Shown here in pieces: positions 42,350 to 53,546 of a DNA stretch of 64,000 nucleotides (its first letter is position 1; each line of letters begins with the position of its first letter). The position numbers were made by a program, and so were the translations under genes. Under the pieces are notes generated by a model, which had not been told where the DNA came from, searched no databases, and saw nothing but the letters and a program-made list of their open reading frames with translations. The stretch lies in contig OZ244621.1 in the NCBI GenBank assembly GCA_965218425.1, forward strand, positions 864,001-928,000. Direction: 5' to 3'. This DNA is from an uncultured Candidatus Binatia bacterium. Its GTDB lineage: Bacteria > Desulfobacterota > Binatia > UBA9968 > CAXXLF01.

Positions 42350-44284
42350 CTAGTCCTTCCACAGGTGGTTCGCAGCGTATTTCATCACCACGTCCACACA
42401 GTTGTCACAATAGCCGTTCTCCAAGAGGTTCCTGGCCATCGCATTGTACTTCTCCGATTGCTCTTCATCGCGGGTTCTGGACTTGGTGATGACCCGGCTC
42501 AAGTCACGCACGGAGGTCATGAGTTTTTTTTCAATGGCCTCCTTCAAGGGTTCGTAGCTACGATAGTCGATTTTCTCCCCTCTACGGTTCGCCGCCCAAA
42601 GATAGGCAATGACCTCCTGGCGGAATCCATCGGCGGCCGATCCAATGACCGCAATTTGCTCCTCAATGGATTTCATAAATCCCTCGTCAGGGAGGAGTTC
42701 CTCCTTGGTATTTCGATCCTTTACCTTGCCTTTATTGACATAGGCCTCCGCGTGATCCAAATAGTTCTGGAACAGAGTCTCTGCCTGTTCTTGATAGGAA
42801 TATACAAAGGCGCGGGTGATTTCTTTTTCTAAAAGCTCGAGATATTCTTTGTGCAGGGTGTCCTGTAAAAACTCGATATACTGTTTACGGGTATCGTCAG
42901 GGATATCCGCGTCCTTGATCATATTAATGAGCGCCTCTCGGACGTTGATGGGGTTGATACAGTTTCCGCCAATATTGTCCGAAAGCGCATTGTCCAGAGC
43001 TTTCATGATAAAACGAGTCGATATCCCGCTCATGCCTTCCCTTTTGGTGGCTTCACGCAGCTCGAGATAATCCATTTTCTTTGTCCGACCCTTTTCCACC
43101 ACCTCTTCCCCATTGTAGATTTTCAGCTTGGTCATCAAGTCACACTTACTGGTGGGCTCCAGTCGCGAAAGGATCGCAAACATGGACGCCACCTCGAGGG
43201 TGTGGGGCGCGACATGGGCACGGAATTCCGAGTGGCGAATGATTTTTTGGTAGATCTTTGCCTCCTCGGAAAGCCGCAGGTTGTAAGGGACCCGCACCAC
43301 AACGATACGGTCCAGGATGGCCTCGTTGGTATGATCGGCCTTAAACTTCTGCCATTCTGCCTCGTTAGAATGGGCAACGATCACCTCATCGACATAAACC
43401 AACCCGTGCCTTCCGGGCGCGGGAATCACTTTTTCTTGGGTGGCCGTAATCATGCAGTGAAGGTATTCCACCTCGTTTTTGAACACCTCGATAAATTCCA
43501 CAACCCCCCGATTTCCCACGTTAAGGGACCCGTTCAGCTCCAGAACCCGGGGGTCCCCCTCCGAATAGAGGTCCAGTTTGGAGATGTCCTCACTGCCAAT
43601 CAGCACCGAGGTATCTTGGTTATTGGGGTCCACTGGGGGAACAATGCCAATGCCCACCCGGGCACGTTTAGAAAACTCCATGGTGGCGACAGGAAATTCC
43701 TCGTATCGCCCGTTCAGCTCCTCCTTCAGGCGGTAGCGGCAAACGGGACAGAGATCCCCTTCGATGTGAACATTGAGCATCTTTTCAAATTCCTTACGCA
43801 GGTGGCGAGGAATCAAATGAAGGGGTTCTTCAAACATGGGACACCCCTCGATGGCGTAAAAGGGGCCGCTCTCCTCAAGACCACGATGGATCTTTTCAAT
43901 AAGGGAGCTTTTCCCCGATCCCACTGGACCCATGAGAAAGATGACCTGGCGGCTCTCCTCCCCTTTGAGGGACGCGGATTGGAAATAACGGACGATCTGG
44001 GCAATGGTCTTTTCAATGCCGAAAAATTCGTCGGCAAAGAAGTTGTAGACCTTGACCGGCTCATCCTTATAGAGCCTCTTGACTCGGAAATCTTCCGAAT
44101 CCTGCAAGTCGCCCACCCCGGATTTTAACAGCAGGTTGTAGACGCGGGCGTGGGCTAGTTTCGCAATGGAGGGATCTTGCTTGACCTTTTCCAGATAACC
44201 CAGCAAATTTCCGCGCCAGGACTGGTCATCACGGGTATCGCGGTCTCTTAGGATCAGGCTTTCAAATTCCTTTTGTTGGTTCAT
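42350..44284 (-). CDS. prkA: PrkA/YeaG AAA serine protein kinase
   Basis: LMGPVGSGKSS, CPMFEEPLHL, GNRGVVEFIE, REGMSGISTRF; RBS AAGGAGG. Confidence 0.93.
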   Translation of the reverse strand: MNQQKEFESLILRDRDTRDDQSWRGNLLGYLEKVKQDPSIAKLAHARVYNLLLKSGVGDLQDSEDFRVKRLYKDEPVKVYNFFADEFFGIEKTIAQIVRYFQSASLKGEESRQVIFLMGPVGSGKSSLIEKIHRGLEESGPFYAIEGCPMFEEPLHLIPRHLRKEFEKMLNVHIEGDLCPVCRYRLKEELNGRYEEFPVATMEFSKRARVGIGIVPPVDPNNQDTSVLIGSEDISKLDLYSEGDPRVLELNGSLNVGNRGVVEFIEVFKNEVEYLHCMITATQEKVIPAPGRHGLVYVDEVIVAHSNEAEWQKFKADHTNEAILDRIVVVRVPYNLRLSEEAKIYQKIIRHSEFRAHVAPHTLEVASMFAILSRLEPTSKCDLMTKLKIYNGEEVVEKGRTKKMDYLELREATKREGMSGISTRFIMKALDNALSDNIGGNCINPINVREALINMIKDADIPDDTRKQYIEFLQDTLHKEYLELLEKEITRAFVYSYQEQAETLFQNYLDHAEAYVNKGKVKDRNTKEELLPDEGFMKSIEEQIAVIGSAADGFRQEVIAYLWAANRRGEKIDYRSYEPLKEAIEKKLMTSVRDLSRVITKSRTRDEEQSEKYNAMARNLLENGYCDNCVDVVMKYAANHLWKD

Positions 44285-44445
44285 GATAACTATGCCTCCT
44301 TCGAAGCTTTATTTTCACCCAACAAAAATTCTGTGCTTGGATTGTTTTAGGAGTTGAATGGGTCCTAAATAGGAATGGAGCCGGCTCTTTTGAACTGAGC
44401 CACGGGGAGCTTATAACCACCTATTGAGCTTTGTTATCCTCCTCT

Positions 44446-44474
44446 ATCGTGAAGACTCCTTAGCCTAATGTCAA
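44446..44474 (-). promoter_or_regulatory. Putative sigma70 promoter of the prkA operon
   Basis: Minus strand TTGACA-17 bp-CACGAT. Confidence 0.4.
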
Positions 44475-44697
44475 GTAAATTAAATGATAAATAATGACGC
44501 CATCACAAGTATAGTTTCTCATAATTCCTCCGCAATGTACATATGGGTCGAAAAATTCACCGATACAGGCGAAATTTTAACTTGGAATGGATACAGGCTT
44601 GTACCCATCAGTCGAAACTAACGCTCTCGACGAGGCCTTGTGCTAACTCGTTTGCTGAGATGAAATGTGCTGAATTCTTCAAAAGGATTGCCGGACT

Positions 44698-45441
44698 TTA
44701 AATTTCGGAATCCCTTGGACCCCACAGACGCCGGTGGGTGTTTACCGATTCGTTTCCTTTAGCGCGCGCGGACAGAGTTTTTTTCCAGCTTGCTCCAAGG
44801 GGTGGGCATGCCGCGAGTTCAGCCGCCAGATCCCTGTCCTTGCACCTGCGGTGCATGATATCGTTGGCGCGGTCCACCGTCCATCGAGGGAAAGGCCTTT
44901 CCAAAAGAACCAGCGGGAGCCCCCTTTGGACGTTTCCCTCCTTGAGAACCCGAAAATACCAGCCTGTGCGACCGCAATCTTGAATCCGGAGAGATAGATC
45001 TCGAATACGCCACCGACGAGAATTTTTCCAGCAGGGCTGTCGTGGCTCTGAGATCTGCACGCGAGCATCACCCATAGCGTAAATATCACCAATGGCAACG
45101 GTGCGCTCAGTCATTCCCTCCACGGTAAAGTTTTCGGCAAAACCACCATGTTGTAGATTGGATAACCCTAATTCCTTGCGCCATAGAGGATAATGGTCAG
45201 CCGCATAGGCGAGCACGGCCTTGTCCGGCCCCCCATGCACTTGGAGATTCGCCTGCCCATCGCCTGCCAGGTTTGACTTACCCAGCCACACCAGCCCATC
45301 AACCGGCTCCTTGAAGGCGGCCGTAACCCATGGGCGGTCCATGGGGTCAGGGGCATCCGGAGTCCCCAGATGCTTTGGCAACCCCACTTGGATACTGAGC
45401 ACAATGGGTTCAACGCTCACGGAATCCTCGATATAAGTCAA
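44698..45441 (-). CDS. MOSC-domain protein (YiiM-like)
   Basis: GDGQA...HGGPDKAV, FAENFT, PRQPCWK, GRTGWYFRVL. Confidence 0.9.
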   Translation of the reverse strand: MTYIEDSVSVEPIVLSIQVGLPKHLGTPDAPDPMDRPWVTAAFKEPVDGLVWLGKSNLAGDGQANLQVHGGPDKAVLAYAADHYPLWRKELGLSNLQHGGFAENFTVEGMTERTVAIGDIYAMGDARVQISEPRQPCWKNSRRWRIRDLSLRIQDCGRTGWYFRVLKEGNVQRGLPLVLLERPFPRWTVDRANDIMHRRCKDRDLAAELAACPPLGASWKKTLSARAKGNESVNTHRRLWGPRDSEI

Positions 45442-45478
45442 ACTTATCTCTAAAGCTCCTTTTTGATGGCCTTGTGGA

Positions 45479-45832
45479 CTAATCCTGACTTTTCCCGCTC
45501 ACCCAGGTACCCGCTCGCATACTAATGCTTGTCTCACCATCACCTACGGGCGTTAGCCGAATCTTAATCAAAGTGGAATCAGAACGCCGCGCCTCAATGG
45601 TTGCACCGAGGGCATCAATCCGCTTCTTACGGAAGGTCGGCTGTAATTTTTTCACAGATGAAAGGGTTTTTGGCCGGATCTCCTTAAGGGGTTCGTGATA
45701 GGTCGCCGTCAGCTCACGGTTCATTTTGGAATAGGTTCCCACACCAGCACCGGTATCCACGGGAGCCGCTGCACAACCACCACAGAACATAAGCAGTCTT
45801 AGGATGGATGAGGAATAGAGATGTCGCTTCAT
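45479..45832 (-). CDS. Putative lipoprotein (DUF3568-like), possibly degenerate
   Basis: Lipobox-like GGC, GAGVGTY; RBS GGAGG before ATG 45832. Confidence 0.5.
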   Translation of the reverse strand: MKRHLYSSSILRLLMFCGGCAAAPVDTGAGVGTYSKMNRELTATYHEPLKEIRPKTLSSVKKLQPTFRKKRIDALGATIEARRSDSTLIKIRLTPVGDGETSISMRAGTWVSGKSQD

Positions 45833-45900
45833 CGCTCCTCCAGCAGGTGTCACGTAGAGCAAGGACACGGTTTCCATTTAACACGAAAGGCCTTCCCTGT

Positions 45901-47124
45901 TCAATGATTCCGAGGTGTCAGGGTCAGTAGTCCAGCGATAAAAAGAAACAATAGCCCACAGCTCAACCCCAACGACCAGTGAATACCGATGTAGCTACCC
46001 AGAAGTCCGACGGATATGCCACTGAAGGTGCGCAGTCCCTGGCCGGACATGATGAACAGGCCAATGAGTCTTCCTCGCAGGTGGGCCGGTGCCAACACCT
46101 GGACCATGGTTTGAGCCATAGAGGCGAATGCCAGATGGCTCATTCCGGCGATGAATAAGAGAATCAAGGCCACTGGATAATACGATGCGGCAGCAAACAA
46201 GCCGAGGGCGAGACTCCAAAGCATTGCCAGCAGGATCGCCGTGCGTGGCTTCGGCTGGAGCAACCCTCTGCTCTCTAATAATAATCCGCCCACCACGGCC
46301 CCCGCACCGTTGGCGGCAAGCAAGGTGGCATAACCATAACCCAATTGATCCGTTCCGAGGTCCCGAGCAAACTCCGGCATCTGAGGTTGGTAAGCACCGC
46401 CCACAAGAAGGGATGCCAGACCCGTAAGCATGATCATGGATAGGATCACTCGGCTTCCTTGAATATCTCTTACCGCCCCTAACATTTCCCGCCACGATAA
46501 TTGTCTGGACCTGGGCGCCCCCGAGCCGTGACCGGTATAGGAAACGGTCTGTAACCAGATGGTTAAAGGAAGATAAATGAGCCCATTCACTAAAAGCGCG
46601 AGGGTGGGACCCAGCATAAGCATTAGCGCACCACCCACAGCCGGACCCGCCAGGACTCCCAATTGGCGTCCTGTGGCATTGAGCCTCACCGCGCTCTGTA
46701 GGTGCTCCTGACCCACAATATCGTGGACTAAAAGGACACGAGGGGGATTCCATAGAGTCCCCGCCAATCCATGTCCCACAAGCAAGACCATGGCGTGCCA
46801 CATTTGAAGACTATCTGAGAATATAAGGATCGCCCAGATCCAACTCACCGCGATGAACAGCGCCTGCGAGGCCTGGATGACCTTGCGGCAATCGTAACGG
46901 TCGGCGATCCCTCCAAAGTACCATGAGAGGAGCAGATGTGGCATCCAATGACTAATGACAGCAAAACCGGCCAGGGCCGGGGATTGAAACAACTGGAAGA
47001 TAACCCAATAGCTAACCACATGCTCGATGTTATCGGCCATCATGGATAACACCCCGCCCACAAAATAGGCACGGAAGTCGCGATGACGAAGGGCCGCGAA
47101 TGCGACCGTCTTTGTTTCAGCCAT
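45901..47124 (-). CDS. MFS transporter, paralog of 3137-4420
   Basis: Shares SMMADNIEHV, AVIxHW, ADRxDCR, LLAANGxGA and RGR motifs. Confidence 0.88.
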   Translation of the reverse strand: MAETKTVAFAALRHRDFRAYFVGGVLSMMADNIEHVVSYWVIFQLFQSPALAGFAVISHWMPHLLLSWYFGGIADRYDCRKVIQASQALFIAVSWIWAILIFSDSLQMWHAMVLLVGHGLAGTLWNPPRVLLVHDIVGQEHLQSAVRLNATGRQLGVLAGPAVGGALMLMLGPTLALLVNGLIYLPLTIWLQTVSYTGHGSGAPRSRQLSWREMLGAVRDIQGSRVILSMIMLTGLASLLVGGAYQPQMPEFARDLGTDQLGYGYATLLAANGAGAVVGGLLLESRGLLQPKPRTAILLAMLWSLALGLFAAASYYPVALILLFIAGMSHLAFASMAQTMVQVLAPAHLRGRLIGLFIMSGQGLRTFSGISVGLLGSYIGIHWSLGLSCGLLFLFIAGLLTLTPRNH

Positions 47125-47299
47125 TTTTGTTACCTATGAGACGCAAGGGCCGGCTTACCCTTGATGGCTTCGCAACAAGCTCCTGGGTGAGTCATCTTGT
47201 TTGTCGGATTTTAGATTTCAACTAGCCTATGATTACCGTCGCCCCTTAAAAGTTTCTTGTTAGCTCTGGGCTCTTCGCGTCAAGGATTTTATTCATGGG

Positions 47300-47958
47300 A
47301 ACCTATCCGTTCCCACCCGTGCCACACCTCCCTGTACAGCAAGGGAAGTTGCCGGAGATTCATGAGAAATGGATTCCCATGAACGACCGTCCCAGGAGGC
47401 CAATCCGAGGGGGTAACCAACTAGAGACGTGAAGTGGCGGAATCCGCGGACAGTGCACGAACATCATCGCTCGGCAGGCCGTGCCGGCGGCCGAAAACTT
47501 TCCATTTCGATCCTACACAATGGGCAACGCCAACCCCGGTTGGCACCCAAACTTCCTGGTCATACAGAATGAGGTCCCGAACATCGGCCGTGGGAAAGTC
47601 GCCAGAAGAGACCGAAAAAAAGCTCGTATTCACCGTTACCGTTCACTCGATAAATGCCCCCACCGGAAACAGCCAACCAGGTTTCCTTTCCTATCGCATC
47701 ACCCGCAATGGCCGTCGCGGGCGCTCTGCGAGGGGACTCTATGGCATTCCAGGAGATGATCTGAACATGCACGGTATCGGAAACGGACTTGGCTCCTTCT
47801 CTCAACTCAGCCGTGACTTCGTACCAACCCACCGAAAGGGAACTGGTGGTGAACGAGTCACCCTTCCCCGTAGGTTCGCCATCCACCATCCAACCCATCT
47901 CATCATCTTGAGCTCCGTTGGTCTGGGCCCTAAACTTGACTTTTTCTCCTAACCACAA
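47300..47958 (-). pseudogene. Fragment of an Ig-like + beta-propeller (two-component regulator propeller) protein
   Basis: WMVDGEPTGKG...LSVGWYEVT and HGLPSDDVRAL repeat motif, in different frames. Confidence 0.45.
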
Positions 47959-48060
47959 ATTCGAGGGAATATTTCATATAGGTTTGGTTAGATATGGGCC
48001 GCCGATAATTCGTCACTGAAGGGCGAAAGGCTTCCTGGCTAGTGAAACCAATGTTGGTGA

Positions 48061-48795
48061 CTATAAGAATGCCCCTCCGTCAATGGGAAGGACGGTCCCG
48101 TTTAAGAAATCCTGGCGCAGGATATAGAGAACACTCTCTCCCACATCTTCCACGCTCCCAATTCGCTCGAGGGGAACCCGTTCTTTAGCAATCCTTTTGA
48201 GATAAGCACCGTCCTTCCCTGCAGGAGGTAAGATGGCACCTAAAGCAATACCATTGACAGACACACGCGGTGCCAATTCCAGGGCCAACATCTCGGTCAT
48301 TTGCCATAAAGCGCCCTTGGTAAGGCGATAGACAAAATGATCCGTCCCTGGGCGTCGAACGCGGCTGTCCATGATATTGATGATTTTGCCCGTTCCATTG
48401 GCCGCAATCTGCGCAGCAAAAGCACGGCTCAGCACGAAAGGAGCACGGAGATTGATCGCAAACATGCGCTCCCAGAGAGCCGTATCAGTTTTCGTAAACG
48501 TGTCCGTCTCAGGGAAGATGGCTGCATTGTTGACGAGAATATCCAATTTACGAAATTGCTTCCGGGCGGCTGGGATGATGGATTGGGCGGCCCTTTCATC
48601 CGAAAGATCCGCTGCGTGAATATGGGCATCAACACCCAGGGCTTTTGCGTCTGCCTCCGTTTGCTGAGCAGGTCCCACTGAATGTCCGTATTGGATAAAG
48701 ACATGGCAACCAGCCCGAGCCAGTGCCAGGGTAATCCCCCCTCCTATGCGGACAGCGCCGCCGGTAATCACTGCAACCTTTCCATTGAGCTCCAT
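48061..48795 (-). CDS. SDR oxidoreductase, pteridine reductase/FolM-like
   Basis: TGGAVRIG, LVNNA, YRLTK, LAPRVSVNGIALG, IDGG. Confidence 0.88.
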   Translation of the reverse strand: MELNGKVAVITGGAVRIGGGITLALARAGCHVFIQYGHSVGPAQQTEADAKALGVDAHIHAADLSDERAAQSIIPAARKQFRKLDILVNNAAIFPETDTFTKTDTALWERMFAINLRAPFVLSRAFAAQIAANGTGKIINIMDSRVRRPGTDHFVYRLTKGALWQMTEMLALELAPRVSVNGIALGAILPPAGKDGAYLKRIAKERVPLERIGSVEDVGESVLYILRQDFLNGTVLPIDGGAFL

Positions 48796-48917
48796 ATCAA
48801 AGTCTTTCCATCGACACTTGAATTTTTCAGTTGAAATTTGAATTAGGGAATCAGGAAAAAGATGACTCGTGCAAAAACGCAAAACAAGCCAAATTCAGAA
48901 AAAACTAGAAGATATTT

Positions 48918-50102
48918 TTATACCAGCTTAAATGCGTAGCCAATGATTCCGCCCCCTAAGACCAACCACGCCGAGTTGATTTTATAAGCAAATACCAGGA
49001 AGGCCGCCACCAAAGCCAGCCCTACCGTAACAACGTCCACCAGAGCCGCGCGACCCAATTGCCAGGTCACCGCAGCCATTAATCCCAGCGAAGCCACGTT
49101 GACCCCGTCAAGGAAACCGGACACCCACGGGGAACGGCGCATGCGCGGGATCAAGGGGTTGCTTGCCATCACAAAAAGAAAGGCGGGGAGAAAGATCCCC
49201 ACGGTTGCGAGAACGGCACCGGGAGAACCTCCGATCACGTAACCGATAAACGTAGCCGTGGTAAAGACTGGCCCCGGCGTGAACTGACCAATGGCAATGG
49301 CATCGAGCAATTGCTGAACCGTAAGCCACCGCCAACGTTGCACCAGATCGGCCCTGAGAAAGGCCAGCAACACATAGCCGCTGCCAAATAGGACCGAGCC
49401 GATTTTCAAAAAGAAAAGAATGATTCCCGTAAGACTCACTGGAACCGCAACGACTGTGTGGCTGCTGGCAACGGCCGCATGGGGAATGCCAAAAACGGAC
49501 AAACTTAGGACTGCCAGCCACCCGGGCTTGCACCGATTCCGAATGATTTCAAAACCCATCACCATAGAACCGGCCACAAACAAAAGCGCAACTTCGTTAA
49601 ATCCGAGAAGAAATGAAACAAACACACCTGCACCCACAACACCGGTCAAGGGTCCCTTCACGGCGGTTTTGCCCAGCCCCCATAGAGCCTGGAGCACAAT
49701 GGCGATGATAACGGGTTTAACCCCGTAAAGAAGCCAGATGGCTTGCGGCAACGTACCATAGCGGACATAAAGCCAAGCAAGGACCCAGACGATGACCATG
49801 GCCGGCAGGATAAAACAGCTTCCTGCAACCATGAGACCTTTCCATCCGGCGCGAACCATTCCGATATGGATGGCCAATTCAGTGGAGTTGGGGCCAGGGA
49901 TCAAGTTAGTGGCACCGAGGAGATCGAGGAAGCGTTGCTGGTCGAGCCACTGCCTGCGACGCACCACCTCCTCCTGCATCATGGCGATATGGGCGGCTGG
50001 ACCGCCGAAGGCAATGGTGCCGAGCTTCAAAAACACCCGTGCGAGTTCACCCAGGGAACCCACGGGGCATTTCCCGTTATCATTTCCATTCGTTGCTTGC
50101 AT
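48918..50102 (-). CDS. chrA: Chromate efflux transporter (long CHR family)
   Basis: AFGGPAAH, PGPNSTE, FGSGYVL, GQFTPGP; two homologous halves. Confidence 0.92.
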   Translation of the reverse strand: MQATNGNDNGKCPVGSLGELARVFLKLGTIAFGGPAAHIAMMQEEVVRRRQWLDQQRFLDLLGATNLIPGPNSTELAIHIGMVRAGWKGLMVAGSCFILPAMVIVWVLAWLYVRYGTLPQAIWLLYGVKPVIIAIVLQALWGLGKTAVKGPLTGVVGAGVFVSFLLGFNEVALLFVAGSMVMGFEIIRNRCKPGWLAVLSLSVFGIPHAAVASSHTVVAVPVSLTGIILFFLKIGSVLFGSGYVLLAFLRADLVQRWRWLTVQQLLDAIAIGQFTPGPVFTTATFIGYVIGGSPGAVLATVGIFLPAFLFVMASNPLIPRMRRSPWVSGFLDGVNVASLGLMAAVTWQLGRAALVDVVTVGLALVAAFLVFAYKINSAWLVLGGGIIGYAFKLV

Positions 50103-50116
50103 AGGGGTTGCCCGCC

Positions 50117-51604
50117 TCAGTAACCGCTTGTGGGAATCTGCTTCGAAGAAGTGACACTGAGTAGAATGGGAAGCAATACTCCAAGTCCCAACGCGAAGAG
50201 CCAGAGTGCGGGCGCCGGTGTCCCCACTTTACGACGCCGGCGCGCTTCCCGGGCCGCCAGCCTGGGGTCCAGCAACAACCAATCGGTGTGGCGACACTCC
50301 AGCAAAAGGAAGACAGAGGCCGTGGCCGCACCATAAATTAGATGCCCCACGAGGGAGGGCAAGAGAGCGCCGGCAGCAGTAACGGTCCAGGTAATGGAAC
50401 CACCCAGTAAAATGGGCATCAAGGTCAGCGGGCCGATGAACCACCAGATCAATCCGTAGAGCAAACCCCAAGCGATACCGGAGCCGAAGTTGGGCGCCTC
50501 GTGTTGAAATAGCAACCCGTAACTCATGCCCACAAGGGCACTAATGCCCATGTGAACGATAAATCCTAAAACATGGGAGGAGCCGCCCACCAGGCCCGCC
50601 ACGCTCGGAAGAGCCCCGGTGGCCACCATAACCGGTGTAAACAGCAAACCGCCCATGAGGCCGGCCAGCGCGCCCCACTGCAGGGAGTAAAGGACCCGGG
50701 AACCCGGCCCCTCAGGTTCGCGGTTGATGGGATCGGACTCGGTGAAAAAACCGACCCACAAGCGATCCATGGCGGCATACACCACTCCCACAATCAAGCC
50801 GTAAACGACGTGGCCAATGAGAGATCCAAACAGGGCGCCGCCGCGCACATAGCCCCAGTCAAGTGGATTGCCTTGCCAGAACGGCAGGATGGTAAGCGGT
50901 CCCAAGAACCACCACAACAGGCCGTAGGCCAGGCCCCACCCGAGGTTCGACCCGTAGCCGCGCACATCGCGCTGGAACAGCACGCCGAAGCTAGCCCCGA
51001 TAATCACCGCAAATATAAAATGCAGCGTAACGCCCACCATGGCAGAGTCGGAATTGACCAGGCCGGCAATGAGGGGGTAAAAATTAACCCTTTCCATCCA
51101 TTTGCCGAAGGCCCACCCTCCTACGACACCCGCCAACCCTCCAACCACAAGTGCCCGGCTCAGGCTAAAAGGAACCCGACCAGACTGCGGATGAAAGCTA
51201 CCCCACAACCCCAGCACGACTCCCAGGGGCAATCCAAAGCAAACCACATAGGCTACCAAATCAGGGAAGTGGTCGCGCGCCGCAACCAACATACCCATTT
51301 CCCGCATCCCGCCCGAAATCACCGCAAGGAGACCCGCAGGCACCGCCAACCAGAGGATGAAGGAGTAGCCGAGACCCCAGATGAGCCCAGCGCCTGGGCT
51401 GTCGGCCCTGCGCCAGCACAGCAATGCGAAGAGCAGGCCATAGAGTCCGCCCAGTACGGGGCCGGTGGCGAAGGATGCCTGTCCAAGCAACAAGCACAAG
51501 ACTCCACCCAAAATACCCGTAACAGTAGAGAGAACGGCAGCGATCAGGAGTGAAGAATTCACGACACGACTCCGTTCATATTGGGAGGACCCTGTGAGAA
51601 TCAC
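50117..51604 (-). CDS. Gly-rich polytopic membrane protein with three tandem ~130-aa repeats
   Basis: Repeated WGLxYGLxWWFxGPLTxxP and SLxGHxxYG; RBS GAGGAAGG, GTG start. Confidence 0.8.
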   Translation of the reverse strand: MILTGSSQYERSRVVNSSLLIAAVLSTVTGILGGVLCLLLGQASFATGPVLGGLYGLLFALLCWRRADSPGAGLIWGLGYSFILWLAVPAGLLAVISGGMREMGMLVAARDHFPDLVAYVVCFGLPLGVVLGLWGSFHPQSGRVPFSLSRALVVGGLAGVVGGWAFGKWMERVNFYPLIAGLVNSDSAMVGVTLHFIFAVIIGASFGVLFQRDVRGYGSNLGWGLAYGLLWWFLGPLTILPFWQGNPLDWGYVRGGALFGSLIGHVVYGLIVGVVYAAMDRLWVGFFTESDPINREPEGPGSRVLYSLQWGALAGLMGGLLFTPVMVATGALPSVAGLVGGSSHVLGFIVHMGISALVGMSYGLLFQHEAPNFGSGIAWGLLYGLIWWFIGPLTLMPILLGGSITWTVTAAGALLPSLVGHLIYGAATASVFLLLECRHTDWLLLDPRLAAREARRRRKVGTPAPALWLFALGLGVLLPILLSVTSSKQIPTSGY

Positions 51605-51623
51605 GGATAACCTTCCTCAAAAT

Positions 51624-51780
51624 TCGCATGCTACTGAACAGTTCTTCCGGCAGGCTACTCAAAAAGATCTCAGAGGCGAGGCGCGCAAAAAATCGACGAT
51701 CGCAGGCGTACTCTCCTGGTACGCTGGAGCAAGGCGACTGAGCGCAACGAAACATATGAAGCTTTTTCAGCAGCATGCTA
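51624..51780. mobile_element. MITE-like non-autonomous element
   Basis: Left TCGCATGCTACTGAACA plus inner GCAGGCTACTCAAAAAG; right end reverse-complements to TAGCATGCTGCTGAAAAAG; internal palindrome GCGTAC..GTACGC. Confidence 0.65.
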
Positions 51781-53502
51781 TTTGAAGTCAATGGTTTGTA
51801 CGATGTCGCGTGGGAAGAATATTTCGATGACCCAATCCGTGAGGACGCGAACCTTACGCTCCAGACCGGGTAATTTGGACAGGTAAATGGCCCGCCACAT
51901 GAGCCAGGCAAGGAGTCCAGAGAATTGGATCGTATTCTGTCTCGCCAACGGGATTGTAAGTTCGGCGCAAGCGGTGTGGTGACCCACGACACACAACCCT
52001 CCCAGGGAATCGAAGTGGAAGGGTTTGAGAGGTTTCCCCTTGATGCTGGCATGGATATTGTGAGCTAGAGTCGCGGCTTCACGCGAAGCATATTGTGCCG
52101 TAGGAGGACAAGGCTTGCCGGTCCTTGCGTCGGTGATGGCGCCGCAGTCTCCGGCGACCCACAGGCCATGTTGCCCCTTCACAGCCAGAGTGACGTCCGC
52201 CACCACGGCACCACGCCTGTCATGCTCAACGCTTAGGGTCTTAAGCAACGGGTGCGGTGTGTTACCCGCCGTCCATACCAGAGTTTGGGCACGGATCTCT
52301 TCCTGTGGTTTTAATACAACGACTCCGGGGCGGGCATCGGCTAGCCGAGCATTGAGCTTGAAGGTAACGCCTCGGGCCGTCATACGCTCGAGGGCGTAGT
52401 GGGCCAGGGATTCACTCAACTCAGGCAAAATACGATCCCGTCCATGCACGAGAATGATGTGCAGCTCCTCGGCACGCAGTTTGGGATAGTCCGCGAGAAT
52501 TCCCCGGGCGAAATCGTTCAAGGCACCCGCCAACTCCACCCCTGCAAAGCCTCCCCCGGCTACAACGAAGGTCAAGATCTCCTGACGCTTTGACGCGTCC
52601 GGCTCATTGTCCGCTCGCTCGAACATACCGATCACATGGTTTCGAATTTGCATGGCATCCATAAGGCTCTTGAAGTTGAACGCAACCTTCTGAACATTTT
52701 CCAGCCCCATAAAGTTAGAAACCGCCCCCAGGGCCAGTGCCAGGTGGTCGTAAGGGAGTTCCCGTGTGGTCTCCGCTGTATATTCAGCACCAGACAATCG
52801 GTCGTCCATAGACAGAGTTATTTTATTTTTCTCCTGATCAACGCCAGTAACGCGGCCCCTGATCACTTGAGTGCGGTGCAGGCTGGATCGCAAAGGGCTG
52901 CTTATGTGAGTGGGTTCGACGCTACTTCCGGCAACCTCCGCCAGCATCGGGGTAAAAAGCAAAGCGTTGGTGTCGCTGATCAAGGTAAAATCCACCGACG
53001 GGTCCGCACCAAAGGCATGTTCGAGGCTATTGGCAACGGTCATTCCGGCAAACCCGCCACCCAGGATCACGATGCGAGTTTTTTTCACTTCGGGAGGGTT
53101 GGGCGGTAGTGGTTCAGGCCCCAGTCGCCACAGGGCGAGGTCGTTTAACATCTGTACCATCAACCCCAGGGCAGTACCGTACAGCACCCAACCCACAAGT
53201 TCCGGGAACAAGCTTTGCATTCCCACAGCGGTCCACTGTACGGGCTGCCCCAATAGCAAGGGAAATACAATCACACTTAGGGAACACCAAAGAGGGATAC
53301 CCAGAGCACCCGCCGTCATGGCATTGTCCACGTGGGCGGAGGGTACAGGTGGAAAAGCCAGCGAATAGACCACCCCAAACAGAGCGCCAAGTGCAATTCC
53401 TAAACTTACATTGCTCAACGTAACGGCCAGAGCGACACTGCTGACCAACCCCGCCAAGAGGCCAATGGAGCCTCGCCGCACCCGTAAACTCATCGCTTTC
53501 AT
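51778..53502 (-). CDS. Type II NAD(P)H:quinone oxidoreductase (NDH-2) family with extra N-terminal membrane domain
   Basis: [52 protein letters not shown]; about 130 hydrophobic N-terminal residues. Confidence 0.88.
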   Translation of the reverse strand: MKAMSLRVRRGSIGLLAGLVSSVALAVTLSNVSLGIALGALFGVVYSLAFPPVPSAHVDNAMTAGALGIPLWCSLSVIVFPLLLGQPVQWTAVGMQSLFPELVGWVLYGTALGLMVQMLNDLALWRLGPEPLPPNPPEVKKTRIVILGGGFAGMTVANSLEHAFGADPSVDFTLISDTNALLFTPMLAEVAGSSVEPTHISSPLRSSLHRTQVIRGRVTGVDQEKNKITLSMDDRLSGAEYTAETTRELPYDHLALALGAVSNFMGLENVQKVAFNFKSLMDAMQIRNHVIGMFERADNEPDASKRQEILTFVVAGGGFAGVELAGALNDFARGILADYPKLRAEELHIILVHGRDRILPELSESLAHYALERMTARGVTFKLNARLADARPGVVVLKPQEEIRAQTLVWTAGNTPHPLLKTLSVEHDRRGAVVADVTLAVKGQHGLWVAGDCGAITDARTGKPCPPTAQYASREAATLAHNIHASIKGKPLKPFHFDSLGGLCVVGHHTACAELTIPLARQNTIQFSGLLAWLMWRAIYLSKLPGLERKVRVLTDWVIEIFFPRDIVQTIDFK

Positions 53503-53546
53503 TCTGTCACCACCAACTGCGGTTGAGTTACCCAGTCACTTTTCAA

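Noticed and set aside
43202..44128. 308-aa plus-strand ORF
   Set aside because: Antisense shadow of prkA
39645..44284. prkA-yeaH-spoVR as a novel system
   Set aside because: Well-known, widely conserved gene trio
45995..46801. 268-aa minus-strand ORF
   Set aside because: Alternative frame within the MFS gene
50573..51553. 326-aa plus-strand ORF
   Set aside because: Antisense shadow of the GC-rich membrane protein gene
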